From the NCBI GenBank assembly GCA_963662465.1, contig OY759599.1:1344001-1408000 (forward strand): a stretch of DNA of 64,000 bases. Direction: 5' to 3'. How positions within the stretch are numbered: position 1 is the stretch's first letter; each line of letters starts with the position of its first letter. The position numbers and the translations under genes were made by a program. The DNA comes from Desulfatiglandales bacterium (GTDB lineage Bacteria > Desulfobacterota > DSM-4660 > Desulfatiglandales > Desulfatiglandaceae). Below the pieces are notes generated by a model, which did no database searches, had not been told where the DNA came from, and saw nothing but the letters and a program-made list of their open reading frames with translations. Of the stretch, positions 31,287-42,915 are shown in pieces.

Positions 31287-31897
31287 CAGGAAAACAAAAA
31301 CCATCCAAAATAGATGAAGCCCGTCATCTTCAACACATCAAGAAGTCGCTTACGAAGGCCCCCTGGGCTCTCAGGATCACCGATCACAGTGACAAGCCTG
31401 CCCCGGTGATGATTGTGAAGGAGCGCATTCTTCCACAGCAAAGGGTGGATACGGATGACCTTGTGGCGCCGAGATCTATTCTTAGGGAACGGGGTTTGCT
31501 GTACGGCCCCCCCCAGTTGCGGTGCCTGCCGGTGATCCGAACCATCCTGACGCGCGTCTGCGACAAGGCAGGTATCCCCCTTGAACTGCAGCAATTCCTC
31601 CAGGGGAAAAGAATTTCTTTCCGTGGCAACCTTCCCCTGGATGAAGAAGCCGGATGCAAGCTGGCCCTCCTGTTCAAGCTCCAGGAAAGGATCAAGGAAA
31701 TGGATCGGGTGGAACTGATTGCCCGTCGGGTAGACCGGTTTACCCGGGAAGAAGCGGCGTACTGGCATTCCCGGGTCACCAGCTTCGGAGATGCGGCCAA
31801 CCGGTGGGCCGCAGCCGGCATGAAGGTGATGCTGGCTGGTCAGTCCCGGGATCCCAACGTCGCAGTCATGCTGGAGGAACTAAGGCAAAAATACTGA
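31283..31897 (+). CDS. Small accessory protein of DUF499 system (positional equivalent of DUF3780)
   Basis: ATGA overlap with DUF499 gene; LDEEAG.KL.LLF...EEAAYW. Confidence 0.6.
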   Translation: MTGKQKPSKIDEARHLQHIKKSLTKAPWALRITDHSDKPAPVMIVKERILPQQRVDTDDLVAPRSILRERGLLYGPPQLRCLPVIRTILTRVCDKAGIPLELQQFLQGKRISFRGNLPLDEEAGCKLALLFKLQERIKEMDRVELIARRVDRFTREEAAYWHSRVTSFGDAANRWAAAGMKVMLAGQSRDPNVAVMLEELRQKY

Positions 31898-31966
31898 AAG
31901 ATGCTAAGATATTAATCTTTTATGTCTGTCTGGCAGCCCCGCCTCCACACCGGTGCAAAAAAAACA

Positions 31967-32078
31967 TTGCAAAACGGAACCAGAAGGGTTATTTTGTATG
32001 GCAATTCATTTAAAAATATTGAACAACACCCCCAACGCCTCTCGTAAGATCTGCGCACCATTGGGGGTTACTTTTTTT
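31967..32078 (+). ncRNA. Promoter plus structured leader, candidate abiF-type RNA antitoxin
   Basis: TTGCAA-17-TATTTT; stem ACCCCCAA/TTGGGGGT followed by a T-tract directly before the Abi ORF. Confidence 0.5.
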
Positions 32079-32091
32079 ATGGGGGCTTTTC

Positions 32092-32988
32092 ATGCAATTT
32101 GAAAAGTCCCCCAAAACATTTGATGAGCAGGTTGATCTGCTCATTTCGCGCGGCATGCGGATAGATAATCCAAAACGCGCCAAACGTTATCTTTCCCACC
32201 TCAATTACTACCGCTTTGCAGCATACTGGCTGCCATTCGAACAGGATCACCCCACGCATCGTTTTAAACCGGGCGTTACATTTGATTTGGTGTTTGAGCA
32301 TTATATTTTTGATCGAAAGCTGCGCCTGCTCATCATGGATGCCATAGAGCGGGTCGAGGTTTCCCTTCGTACACGCTGGGCCTATCACCTTGCCCATTCC
32401 CATGGCCCCCACGCCCTGCTGGACAAAACCCTCTTTAAAGCCAGGTGGCCTCATACAGATAATATCATTTCCCTCAAAAAGACGGTCCACAGCAGTTCAG
32501 AAGTTTTTATTCGTCACTTTAAGAAGTATGATGAAGCGTTGCCTCCCGTCTGGGTCGTTTGCGAGATCATGACCCTTGGGCAGCTGTCAAAATGGTACGC
32601 GAATCTGAAACGCGGCCAGGATCGCAACGCAGTGGCTCACGGTTATGGAATGGATGAGGTGAACCTCACCTCTTTCCTGCACCATTTGACCATTGTCCGT
32701 AATCACTGCGCCCATCATGCAAGAATCTGGAACCGGGAATTTACCTTTTCGTGGAAACTTCCCAAGAAAAAGCCCTCCGCCTTGCGACAGAATTTCAATT
32801 GGGCGGATAACCGCAGAATCTATAATACGCTTGTGATGTTGGCCTACCTCATGGACAGCATGGGCTCCAACAGTTGGAAAGAGCGTTTGTATGGTCTTTT
32901 CATTAAACACCCGGATGTGAAGGCCGGTGCCATGGGTTTCCCCCCGGACTGGCTTGGCAGGCAAATCTGGCAGGATATTAAAGCATAG
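32092..32988 (+). CDS. Abi_2 (AbiD/AbiF) family HEPN protein
   Basis: EQVDLLISRGM, NYYRF.AY, Y.FDRKLR, IE.VEV.LR, PVW...E.MTLG.LS, VRNHCAHH.RIWN (RxxxxH). Confidence 0.9.
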   Translation: MQFEKSPKTFDEQVDLLISRGMRIDNPKRAKRYLSHLNYYRFAAYWLPFEQDHPTHRFKPGVTFDLVFEHYIFDRKLRLLIMDAIERVEVSLRTRWAYHLAHSHGPHALLDKTLFKARWPHTDNIISLKKTVHSSSEVFIRHFKKYDEALPPVWVVCEIMTLGQLSKWYANLKRGQDRNAVAHGYGMDEVNLTSFLHHLTIVRNHCAHHARIWNREFTFSWKLPKKKPSALRQNFNWADNRRIYNTLVMLAYLMDSMGSNSWKERLYGLFIKHPDVKAGAMGFPPDWLGRQIWQDIKA

Positions 32989-33492
32989 ATCTGCTCAGCA
33001 TCAGCTTGGATACACACTCTCACAGGAAAGATATCCTGACATTTACATGAAATACGGAGAAAAAGATGAACCATTCCATTGAAAACGACCTGAGACTCAT
33101 CGAAGCCGGATTCCCCTGTCACCAGGTGGGGGCGGAAACCCAGCGGGAACGTGGAGCCAGCAGTGCTCTGCCGCCTCTCTACTTCCTCCATGTCTGGTGG
33201 GCGCGGCGGCCCCTTACCCCGAGCCGGGCGGCCATCCTGGCTTCCCTGCTTCCCGCGGACACGGACCCGGACTGGTTCCTGCGACAGTTGGGCATTGAAA
33301 AGCGGGTGGTGGAGATCAATGGGGAACAATGGACCCTCACCGGGAAGATCCTGGAGAAGATTGAGGTGGATGAGGCTGGGGCTGAGGTTCTGCCTGTGGA
33401 TGAGCGGGTAATCAAGGCGATTATGGTGGAAAATCAGCAGAGACAGGAACTCCGGGATTTTCTTGAAAACTGCCGCAGGGATGATGTTTCTA

Positions 33493-35290
33493 CAGCAATT
33501 CCCGGTCAAGAATTTACTCACAGAGTTTGAAAAACATATTTCAAAAACAAACCCTGAGATCAGATCCTTTTCAGAAAAATTGTATTAAATCCACTATTAC
33601 CTCCCTCGATTTCTTGCAGGTTGAGCTTCTTTGACAAGAGTAAGAGCATAAAAGCACGAGTTAGGGCAGAGATATCCATTTCCGGAATCTCCAGTTTTTT
33701 ATTAATGAGAGCATTTTTGTATGCGAACTTGGGCATGACAAATTTAACCACTGTTATATAGAATAACTGGCGCTTGAAACTTTACGCCATAATAGAGGGC
33801 TTCATAGAGCATCCTCATCGATTTGAATTCAAAATCTCTAAACAAAGCTCTCATCCGTTCCCACAATTCCCTTTTTGAGCCGAGTTTATGCCATGCGGCT
33901 ATAAATAGAGGGCAACAAAGCTGTTGAGTTTGATCCACCAAGAATGCCAGCATCATGAGCATCGCAAAAACAACACTCAGATTCTTCTTGCCGAGCCCGT
34001 AGTTGTGTTCAAAATGATATCCTTGGTTCTTAAGAGTATTGAAGGTTTCATTTTCGATCTTCCATCTCGCACGGCCGCCTCGCATTAGCTGGTATGCATT
34101 GTCCTTTCCTATTAAAAAATCTGTCACCCAACTAAAATGTTTTGTTTTTTTCGGTGTAATTTCCCAATATTCCAGAAAGTTAACCAGCATATTCTTGTTA
34201 GAGGCATTGAGAGGTACCTGGTTAATAAATCGGAAACGATGTATTTTTTCCGGATCCTCTTTATCGACCAATTCGAATTCAGTGACGTCACCATTTATCC
34301 GCGCTTGTTCGACGTGATTAAACAAGAAATGGTGATCTCCTTTTTTAACTCCCAGAATATAATGAAAATTTTGCTTTTGTATTTCTTCAATGTGGGGTGC
34401 ATTCGAACTTAACGCGTCCTCTGTTATAATGATAGGCAGATGGGGATGCTCCTCTTTTAGCTTTTGCAAGAAACGTTTCGCGGCATTACGCTCACAGTCG
34501 TTCTTGCTTTGGCCATCCTGCTTGACTATGAATTCCGGAGCAAGCGGAATGACCTCTTTGAAATCCGGATGGACAATTGCTGCCCCCAACATCTGCTGAT
34601 AATAGGTTTTTTCGCCGGTTTTTTTCGATACTTTTACCAAACAACTATCAGAGGAAAGTTTCTTCGATGAGAAGAAACCCGTTCCATCCAAAGATAGAAG
34701 ATAACAACCTTCGAAAAATACCATACGTTCAAGCACCTTTCCCCTTTGCAGTTCCCAGAAGATATTCCTATACGGTTTCCGAAGTTCTTCTGCGAGCACT
34801 TCATCAAGAATGGTGCGCATCGTACTGTCACATGGGATCTTTCCAATATGGTATATGTTCCCAAGATTACTATCGGTTTTTCTTCTTTCATCAAAGGCAA
34901 GCAACGATGGCTCCTTGAGCGAAAACATTGCAAACCCGGACATCAAGGCATCCGCAATAGTAATATCGGGATCCTCACGGCAGTCAGAGACTTCAGAAAA
35001 ATCTTTATGCAGACGCTTGAAAATTGCATCTGCATTAAGATGCTTGCGAACTCCAATCTTGCCTCTCTCTTTTCTTCCTTTTTGGCTTCTGATTCCCATA
35101 GGCAGTAATCATCGGCCAAGTTGATCTGAAAGTCCAGCTTTTTCTGAGAATTGCCAAAAAAATTCCTGTTTTATTTTAAAAATTGGAGAAAAAAGCCTTT
35201 TCAGGCTATTCATTCAACGTAAAGCTTTACGAAAAGGAAATGCCAAAAGGTACTGTCCTAGCGCCTTTAGAATCTAAGCGGGAATTGCTG
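33493..35290 (-). mobile_element. 1798-bp insertion sequence (DDE; family uncertain, ISNCY/IS4-like)
   Basis: Terminal IR CAGCAATTCCCG; 9-bp TSD ATGTTTCTA at 33484-33492 and 35291-35299. Confidence 0.92.
33744..35099 (-). CDS. DDE transposase
   Basis: LDGTG, TEDAL, GRARWKIENETFNTLK. Confidence 0.9.
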   Translation of the reverse strand: MGIRSQKGRKERGKIGVRKHLNADAIFKRLHKDFSEVSDCREDPDITIADALMSGFAMFSLKEPSLLAFDERRKTDSNLGNIYHIGKIPCDSTMRTILDEVLAEELRKPYRNIFWELQRGKVLERMVFFEGCYLLSLDGTGFFSSKKLSSDSCLVKVSKKTGEKTYYQQMLGAAIVHPDFKEVIPLAPEFIVKQDGQSKNDCERNAAKRFLQKLKEEHPHLPIIITEDALSSNAPHIEEIQKQNFHYILGVKKGDHHFLFNHVEQARINGDVTEFELVDKEDPEKIHRFRFINQVPLNASNKNMLVNFLEYWEITPKKTKHFSWVTDFLIGKDNAYQLMRGGRARWKIENETFNTLKNQGYHFEHNYGLGKKNLSVVFAMLMMLAFLVDQTQQLCCPLFIAAWHKLGSKRELWERMRALFRDFEFKSMRMLYEALYYGVKFQAPVILYNSG

Positions 35291-38236
35291 ATGTTTCTAC
35301 CTCTTTCAAGGGCACGATTGTTCGCTGGCTTGAGGAGGTTCAAAATGTAAACATCGAAGGAATAGGTCAGGTTTTACATGTTGAGAGACACGCTGGAGAT
35401 CCTGCCTGGGCTAATGAAAAACAGAGGCTTGGTAAAGCTGTGGGATATCGATTCCCAGGGGAGCCCTACGGGTACACAAGAGCATTTCAGAATTCCAATG
35501 ATGGAGTGAATGCGCAAAAAGATCTCGTGGTTCTCGACCCAACAGCTGGGGGAGGGTCAATTCCATTTGAAGCGTTTCGACTTGGTTATAGGGTTATTGC
35601 AAATGAATTGAATCCCGTAGCTTCTGTTATTTTGCACGCTACAATTGATTTTCCTGCGAGATGGGGTTTCGATCTTACAGGCGAAATACAAGCTTGGGGA
35701 AACAAACTTCTCGGGAATGCCCAATCTGATCTGCAGGGTGTTTTCCCGGACAAACAATTGCTGCCGAATATTGAACGGAAAATGCTGGAGTCCCATTTGA
35801 AGTCATTTTCGAATTACGCTTCTGATTTTGATTATGAAGAAATTATGGATTACCTCTACTGCCGGCAGGTCAGCTGTCCCAACTGCGGGGGCGAGGCCCC
35901 TCTACTGAATACCTGCTGGTTGAGCAAGGAAGCGGGAAAGCAGTGGGGCGTAAAGATCCTGACTGACGGGGAATCCAAAAACGGGAGGGTCCGGTTTGAA
36001 ACCTACCGGATATCCGGCGGTAAAGGACCGGCGGGAGAGGACCCGAATTTTGCAACAGTGAACCGGGGTATCGGACAGTGCATCCACTGCAAACAGGCCA
36101 TTGATGCAGATGAAATCAAATCTCAGGCGCGGGGAGAATCCCCCACGGGGACATGGCGTGATCGTCTCTATTGCGTGGTGGCAGTACGCTTTCAACCCAA
36201 ACTGGACAAAGCGGGCAATCTCCAACGGTACAAGGGCGGTAAAAAGGCCGGGCAAATCAAGACCGAAAAAATCCGGTTTTTCAGACCTCCCAATCAACAG
36301 GATCTTGATGCTCTTGAAGCGGCTGAAAAACAACTCATGGCCAACTGGGACCGCTTGGATGATACAGGGCTCATTCCCACCGAACGAATCCCCCTGGCGC
36401 ACAAGACCAAAGAACCGCTCCGAGTGGGCATGAACCGCTGGTGCGACATGTTTACGCCGAGGCAGCTCCTGGGGCATCTCACACTGGTGGAAGAACTCAA
36501 CCGGCTTAAACCGGAGATCCTTGTGGATCTCGGCGAGGACAGAGGACGGGCTGTGGCGACCTATCTTCAGTTCGCCATTGATAAAGGGTTGGATTACAAC
36601 AGCCGGCAGACGAGGTGGGAATATACAAGAGGGATTGTAAAAGGCACTTTTGGACGACATGATTTTTCGCTCAAATGGACGTTTGGTGAGATGATTTTTT
36701 CCGGACCCAATTCGGGCGCTGCCTGGGGATTGAGCCAGATCCTTGACGCTTACAAAGGGATCTCATTGCTTCTTGAGGGAACGGAAAGATCAAGTCAACG
36801 TGCCGCATTCATCAAAAACGGCACGGCTGCTCACCTAAACGGCATAGAAGATGGCTCGGTGGATCTTATTTGTATGGACCCCCCATACTACAACAATGTT
36901 CAGTACGCAGAACTCTCCGATTATTTCTACGTATGGCAAAGGCGAACCTTGCACGATCTCTATCCCGATTATTTTACCCGCCGCCTCACCAACAAACAGG
37001 ATGAAGCGGTGGCAAACCCGGATCGGGACGGTGGCACTAAGGGCGCCAAACAAGCCTATGAACGAATGATGGGAGAAATCTTCCACGAATGCCGTAGGGT
37101 TCTCAAAGACAACGGCATCATGACCCTCATGTTCACCCATAAGAGCCAGGATGCCTGGGAAACCCTCACCCGTTCCCTGATTGAAAACGGGTGGAACATC
37201 ACCGCTTCGTTTCCAGTTGAATCCGAAACCCTGCAAGGATTTCATACCAAGGAGACCGCTTCAGCCATCAGTTCTATTTTCCTCTCCTGCCGAAAACGCC
37301 TGAAAGAATCGAACGAACCCGCCACCTGGACCGGTTTTGGCGGAAAGGGGGTACAGCAGAAAATCCGCGGTGCGGTGAGGGATGGGCTTGCGGAATTTGC
37401 GCCGCTCAAGCTCAACCCCGTGGATGAAATGGTGGCATCCTACGGTCGAGCCCTGCGGGTGCTGTCGGAGCAGTGGCCGGTGCTGGACGGGGATGAGGAA
37501 GTGGGACCGGTGCGGGCCATGAACGAGGCCAGTCGGGTGGTGGCGGAAAACCAGATCCGGCGGATAACAAACGGCAGCCTTCAGGTGGAAGAACTCTCCC
37601 CCGAGGCGGCCATGGCCCTCACCCTGTACGGCATCTATGGGTTGGGGGAATTACCCTATGACGAGGCATTGAACCTGTCCCGCTCCCTGAATATCTCTCT
37701 CGAAGGCAAGACCGGCGGATACAAGGCCGAAGGTCGGTTCATCGGGGTAAATACGGCGGCTCATTCAGGCCGAAGGAGTCAGCAGGCCCGGGCCGAGGAC
37801 ACCGGCTTTTTTGCCCCGCTCATTCGAAAGGGATCCAAACTGCGACTGGCAAGACCCGATGAACGGAGCACGCGACGACTGGAAAACCCGCAGACCGAAT
37901 GGGACCTGCTCCAGGGGCTGGTCATGGCCTACCGAAAAGGAGATATTCCCGTGGCAAGGGGGTATTTATCGCAATATGCCGAAGGCCGTGAAGAGCGGGT
38001 GATGCACCTGCTTGCGGTCTGGGCCGCGGAGATGCCCGATGAAAAACAACGAAAAGAGGCCCAAGCCATGGTCTTCGGCCTGAAATAAGGGGGCCCCCGT
38101 AACAAACCCCAACCGGACGGTAAAGAGCTTCAAAAGCAGGGAGTGGCAATACGCCTACAAAACTTCCACCCCCGGCTCCGGCGGAAAGGCCGTCAACATT
38201 CTGCACGACTTTTACATCCCCGCCCTCAGCCTGAGC

Positions 38237-41200
38237 GTGCAGTATGACCGGGTGGCCGGGTACTTCCGTTCATCCTCCCTTGCCTCGGCATCCCAGGGAT
38301 TTTCCGCCTTTACGGCATCGGGTGGAAAAATGCGGTTGATTGCAGGGGCCGACTTTGCTGAAGAAGATGTCCTCGCTATCCTGGAAGGTAACCAGGACCT
38401 CCTGGCCCGACGTCTGGATCAGGATCTCGGTGATGATGCAACCTGGCCGGAAGAGGTCAAAAGAGGGGTTGAACTCCTCTCGTGGATGGTGGCCAAAGGG
38501 CATCTCGAAGTGCGTGTGGCTTTTCGGGTTTGTGGAAATACCGGAAAGCCCCTTGCTTATGGGGATACCCTGGATGGGTATGTGCATGAAAAATGGGCGG
38601 TGTTTACCGATGAACAAGGAAACCGTCTCTGCATCGCCGGTTCCCTCAACGAATCTCGGACAGCCCTGGTGTTGAACGCGGAGAATATCGACCTTCACGC
38701 GGACTGGTGGAACGACCTGGAAAAGCGCCGAACCGATGACGCATCGGGCGGTTTTGAAACCCTGTGGCAGGATGAGAACCCCCACCTTCGGGTGCTTCCT
38801 CTGCCCGAGGCGGTTCGGCAAAGACTGATTCAGATCGGAAAAGAGGTTAAGGCCCCCATTGAAATTGACGGCTCCACGGCCATCAAGCCCCAGGTAGACC
38901 CGCCCTCTGCCCTCGAACGCCTAAAATTCGCCCTCATCAAAGACGGCCCTCATCTTCCGGGCGGCCGGTTCGTGGGGATGGAGACTGCTCCCGTGAACCC
39001 CTGGCCCCATCAGGAGGTAGTCGCCCGCCGGCTGGTGGAGACCTGGCCTTACAGTTATCTCCTGTGTGATGAAGTGGGGTTGGGAAAAACCATTGAGGCA
39101 GGCCTGGCCATCCGTTCCCTCTACCTGTCGGGACTCGTCAAACGGGTACTCATTGCGCCCCCTGCCAGCCTGACCCGCCAGTGGCATCGCGAAATGGAAT
39201 CCAAGTTTTTCCTCCCCTTTGCGCGGATTCTTTCGGGAACGCCCGTGAGATACGAGACCCTCTTTCCCTTTGAGGAAACCACCTATGGCAAAGGCCTTTA
39301 CGATCCCAACCTCTGCATCGTCTCCACAGGTCTTCTGAGCAGAAAAGAGCGGCTCATGGAGCTCCGGACGGCAGAATCTTTTGACATCGCCCTCATCGAC
39401 GAGGCCCATTACGCCAGGAGAAAAAATCCCGTGAACGGGACTCGGGCGAACCCGCGATTTGGCAATCTCTACGGGGCTCTGCGAGACTATCTCAGGAATA
39501 AAACAGGGTGCCTCTGGATGGCCACGGCCACTCCCATGCAGCTTGACTGGGTGGAAGTTTTTGATTTGCTTTGCCTCATCGGAAGGGTCGGGCCGTTTCA
39601 GTTCGATCCGTCGCTCACACAGACCTACTATCACACCTTAGGCTCCCTGGTGCGCGGACAGAGAATCACCGAGGAAGCATGGGAGATGTTGCGCCGGGCC
39701 ATTGCTTCGCTGGAACGGCACGACCCGTTTCTGTGGCAATATCTGAATGGGGCTGTTATTTACGGCATCGTGCGGACCGCGGCAAAACAGTGGCTCGAAC
39801 AGGGCAGAACCCCGGTGGGGACCGACAGGAAACATATTCAAAGGCTGATATTTTCAGCAGCACCCCTCTCCCGGGTAATGCTCAGACACACCCGGCCGCT
39901 CCTGGAGTTATACCAGGAAAAGAACCTATTAGAGGAAACTTTAGCGAGGCGCGAAATCCTGCCCGTTCCCCCCATTGTCATGACCTCCCTTGAACGACAG
40001 GCCTATGATGAACTGGAGGCCTATTGTCTGGATCTCACCTCGAAAATCGCGTCCTGCGCCGATGGAAAAAAGGTCCCCACAAGCCTTGGGTTTCTGCTCA
40101 GTTTTCTGAGGCTCCGTTTTGCCTCAAGCCTCTTTGCCATTAGGGAAACCATCAGAAGAAGATACGAACGGGTGATGGCGACTCTCGACCATCATCAACA
40201 GCGTGAAGAAAACGGAATCGATGTTGATGATCCGGAATTCCTGATGGACGAAGGGTACGAGGCCGACAATCGCATCCTGGAATCGCTCCTGAAAAACCGC
40301 ACGCCTCAGGATCTGAAATGGGAGCGGGGGCGTCTTGAAACCATGCTCCTCACCCTGAATGATTTATCCGGCACACCCTCTAAAATGAAGGAACTCCTTT
40401 CCGTTTTGAACAGGCGCCGCCAAGGCGGAGGGAGGATAAAACAGACGGTCATTTTTACAAGGTTTTACGACACTCTCCAGGATATTGTGAAAAGGCTTCG
40501 GGATATTGATTCATCTCTACTGATCGGGACCTATTCGGGAAGGGGCGGACAGTTTGTGGATCCAAGTACCAAAAGACTTTGCGGCGTGGAAAGGGATGAA
40601 ATTAAACGCCGGTTCCTGCGGGAAGAAATCGACATCCTTATCTGTACAGACGCTGCGGCCGAAGGGTTGAACCTTCAGACGGCCGATCTGCTCATCAATT
40701 ACGACCTTCCCTGGAACCCCATGAAGGTGGAACAGCGCATCGGCCGTATCGACCGCATCGGCCAGAAACATGACAACATCTTTGTGCTGAACCTTTGTTA
40801 CGTGGATTCGGCGGAGCAGATTGTCTATGACAGGCTCCTCAAGAGACTGGCCCAGGCGGGCGACATCGTGGGGTTGCAGCAGGTTTCCCTTCTTCCGGTA
40901 ACGGAGGAAGAGTTCAATGATCTGGCTGCGGGGGTGCTGAAGCCCGACGAGCTGGAGAAACGGGCCAGGGAAAGGATCGCCCTCCAAAAAAGCCGGACGG
41001 AGAGTATGGAGATCCCGGCAGCGGATCTCTACAATATCTACCTTCGCATGAGCGAGAAACGACAGGGGAACGTCTCACCCGTAACCCTCGAATCCATTTG
41101 GGAAGTCATCTCAAACGCAGCCTATTTGAAAGACCTGGGTTGTACCCTTTCGCCTGGCAATGGTCCCCAATATCTCAAAGTGCGGGGAGTGGACGGCATA

Positions 41201-42001
41201 CCGGAAGAAACCTGTCTTACGGTAGACCGAAAGCTCTATGACCGGGGAGGGGCGAATATGGAGGGAAGGCTCCACTTTGCCTCCTATGGTGATCCGGTAT
41301 TCGATGCGCTCATGGACGAGTTTCAGCAGTATGAGCTGCCCCCGTATGTTGTAAGGCTCACTGAAAATGTGCTGGAGCTGAATGTGGAGGTCATGGCCTA
41401 TGCGGCCGCCGGCATAAGCGAAAAAGGGCTTTCCGAAGTTCGCTTGATCGCGTCCTTGAAGGATCTGGATGGATTTATACTAAACGAAACGGCGGAACTG
41501 TTCGAGACTCAACTGGAACCTCTGCGAAAAAAGCTTCATAACCTGGTTAGGCAGGCGTTCGACCCCACCCGCGCCGTGAAAAGGCTGGAAAAGCAAAATG
41601 AACGGGCAGGCCTCGCCCAGAACATCATGAATCTTCTGATCATCCGGAAGCTCCTCCCACCCCCGGGGCACACGGATGCGGATAATTTCTGGTCCACAGT
41701 AAAAGACCGCCTGGATCCCTTGCTTGAAAAAAGGGAGCGGCTAATGGTTCCCGATATGCCGGTCAACATCCTGACGGCCCTCCGCGACGAACTGCCCTAC
41801 GAGCTGGATCTGCCGCGGGTTGGAGAAAAGACGGTTCTTACACTGCCCATTTACGCCGTGGCCGCCGGAGTGGACTCAGCATGCAGACTGGCCGATTCTA
41901 TGAGAAAGAAAAAGTCGGATCTCACCATTTCCATGGTGCAGGGCCGATTGGATCGGGAGATTGAAAAAGAGTTGAAGGTGTACAAGCGGTTCTTTGTTTA
42001 G
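38237..42001 (+). CDS. PLD nuclease-SNF2 helicase of the DUF499 system (frame open from ~38090)
   Basis: YDRVAGYF, HEKWAVF..GSLNES (PLD-like), DEVGLGKT, DEAH, TATPMQ, AAEGLNLQ, EQRIGRIDRIGQ. Confidence 0.88.
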   Translation: MQYDRVAGYFRSSSLASASQGFSAFTASGGKMRLIAGADFAEEDVLAILEGNQDLLARRLDQDLGDDATWPEEVKRGVELLSWMVAKGHLEVRVAFRVCGNTGKPLAYGDTLDGYVHEKWAVFTDEQGNRLCIAGSLNESRTALVLNAENIDLHADWWNDLEKRRTDDASGGFETLWQDENPHLRVLPLPEAVRQRLIQIGKEVKAPIEIDGSTAIKPQVDPPSALERLKFALIKDGPHLPGGRFVGMETAPVNPWPHQEVVARRLVETWPYSYLLCDEVGLGKTIEAGLAIRSLYLSGLVKRVLIAPPASLTRQWHREMESKFFLPFARILSGTPVRYETLFPFEETTYGKGLYDPNLCIVSTGLLSRKERLMELRTAESFDIALIDEAHYARRKNPVNGTRANPRFGNLYGALRDYLRNKTGCLWMATATPMQLDWVEVFDLLCLIGRVGPFQFDPSLTQTYYHTLGSLVRGQRITEEAWEMLRRAIASLERHDPFLWQYLNGAVIYGIVRTAAKQWLEQGRTPVGTDRKHIQRLIFSAAPLSRVMLRHTRPLLELYQEKNLLEETLARREILPVPPIVMTSLERQAYDELEAYCLDLTSKIASCADGKKVPTSLGFLLSFLRLRFASSLFAIRETIRRRYERVMATLDHHQQREENGIDVDDPEFLMDEGYEADNRILESLLKNRTPQDLKWERGRLETMLLTLNDLSGTPSKMKELLSVLNRRRQGGGRIKQTVIFTRFYDTLQDIVKRLRDIDSSLLIGTYSGRGGQFVDPSTKRLCGVERDEIKRRFLREEIDILICTDAAAEGLNLQTADLLINYDLPWNPMKVEQRIGRIDRIGQKHDNIFVLNLCYVDSAEQIVYDRLLKRLAQAGDIVGLQQVSLLPVTEEEFNDLAAGVLKPDELEKRARERIALQKSRTESMEIPAADLYNIYLRMSEKRQGNVSPVTLESIWEVISNAAYLKDLGCTLSPGNGPQYLKVRGVDGIPEETCLTVDRKLYDRGGANMEGRLHFASYGDPVFDALMDEFQQYELPPYVVRLTENVLELNVEVMAYAAAGISEKGLSEVRLIASLKDLDGFILNETAELFETQLEPLRKKLHNLVRQAFDPTRAVKRLEKQNERAGLAQNIMNLLIIRKLLPPPGHTDADNFWSTVKDRLDPLLEKRERLMVPDMPVNILTALRDELPYELDLPRVGEKTVLTLPIYAVAAGVDSACRLADSMRKKKSDLTISMVQGRLDREIEKELKVYKRFFV

Positions 42002-42123
42002 AACGCCCCAGGGGGCACGTCAATGCATGCGGTCTCGAAACGTTGGAACCAGATTGTGACGGTCACTCCGGGGTTCTTTCACGAGTGCGACAGACAATTC
42101 CACAGCATGAGCTTATCTTCAAA

Positions 42124-42915
42124 ATGATTACATTCGAGCCGATTTGTAACGGAAACTTTTGGTCGGGATCAGATTGGTCGATCACCGACGAGGATGAATT
42201 GGCTGCGCTGATTGCACGCGTAGCCCTCGGGCAATATCGTCATGTCTTGAAAGTTCTGAATGAGACCGACTGCATCGCTTACGCACCTACCCAGAGTGCG
42301 TTGGCAGGTGCGATTCAAACGTTGACCGCAAAAGATCCTGAAAAGCCGTATCATCGCGATGGATGGCTTTTTCAGGTGATCTCTTGGATTGCTGCCAACT
42401 TGCAAGATCCCGAAACTCTCAAGTCACCACCTCACATTATCCATGCCGACAAAGGATTTGATGGCCTTCATCTCCGTTTAGATGCGTCCAATGAGAATGT
42501 TGTTTCAGTCATTGTCTGTGAAGAAAAAGCGACAGATGGGCCGCGCGGGAAAATTACCAGCGAGGTCTGGCCGGAATTTAAGTCACTAGAGGCTGGGGAG
42601 CGGGACAATGAGCTGGTCTCCGAGACGACCACACTCTTAGCTCAAAACAGTCACCTAGACCCAGACAGAGCGGTTTACGAAATCCTTTGGAAACAGGCCC
42701 GTGCTTACCGCATCTCGATCACGATCGGGGACAAGAATTGCTCCAATGAGGGCAGGAAGAGTCTGTTCAAAGGGTACAAAAATGTGACACCCGGTGATAA
42801 TGTTGAAAAGAGACGAGCCGAAACTTTCCATCAAAGTAAACTGCGCGCCTGGATGAAGAGAATGGCGGCGAAGGCCATTGAAGCCGCAAGAGACATGGAG
42901 GCTGAGAATGTATGA
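42124..42915 (+). CDS. hamA: Hachiman HamA-like nuclease
   Basis: KGFDGLH..., CEEKAT PD-(D/E)xK-like motif; overlaps downstream Ski2-like helicase. Confidence 0.65.
   Translation: MITFEPICNGNFWSGSDWSITDEDELAALIARVALGQYRHVLKVLNETDCIAYAPTQSALAGAIQTLTAKDPEKPYHRDGWLFQVISWIAANLQDPETLKSPPHIIHADKGFDGLHLRLDASNENVVSVIVCEEKATDGPRGKITSEVWPEFKSLEAGERDNELVSETTTLLAQNSHLDPDRAVYEILWKQARAYRISITIGDKNCSNEGRKSLFKGYKNVTPGDNVEKRRAETFHQSKLRAWMKRMAAKAIEAARDMEAENV

Larger units (their letters stand above)
33066..38088 (+). pseudogene. DUF1156 adenine DNA methyltransferase interrupted by IS
   Basis: LHVWWARRPL N-terminus; DPTAGGGSIPFEA; DPPYY; removing the IS and one TSD restores a single 1071-aa frame. Confidence 0.88.

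Noticed and set aside
28659..31304. Long minus-strand ORFs opposite DUF499
   Set aside because: No motifs; typical antisense frames of a GC-rich gene.
28029..42001. BREX or DISARM
   Set aside because: No PglZ, BrxL or DUF1998 gene; architecture matches the known DUF499/DUF1156/SNF2 restriction-like system, so the core is not novel.
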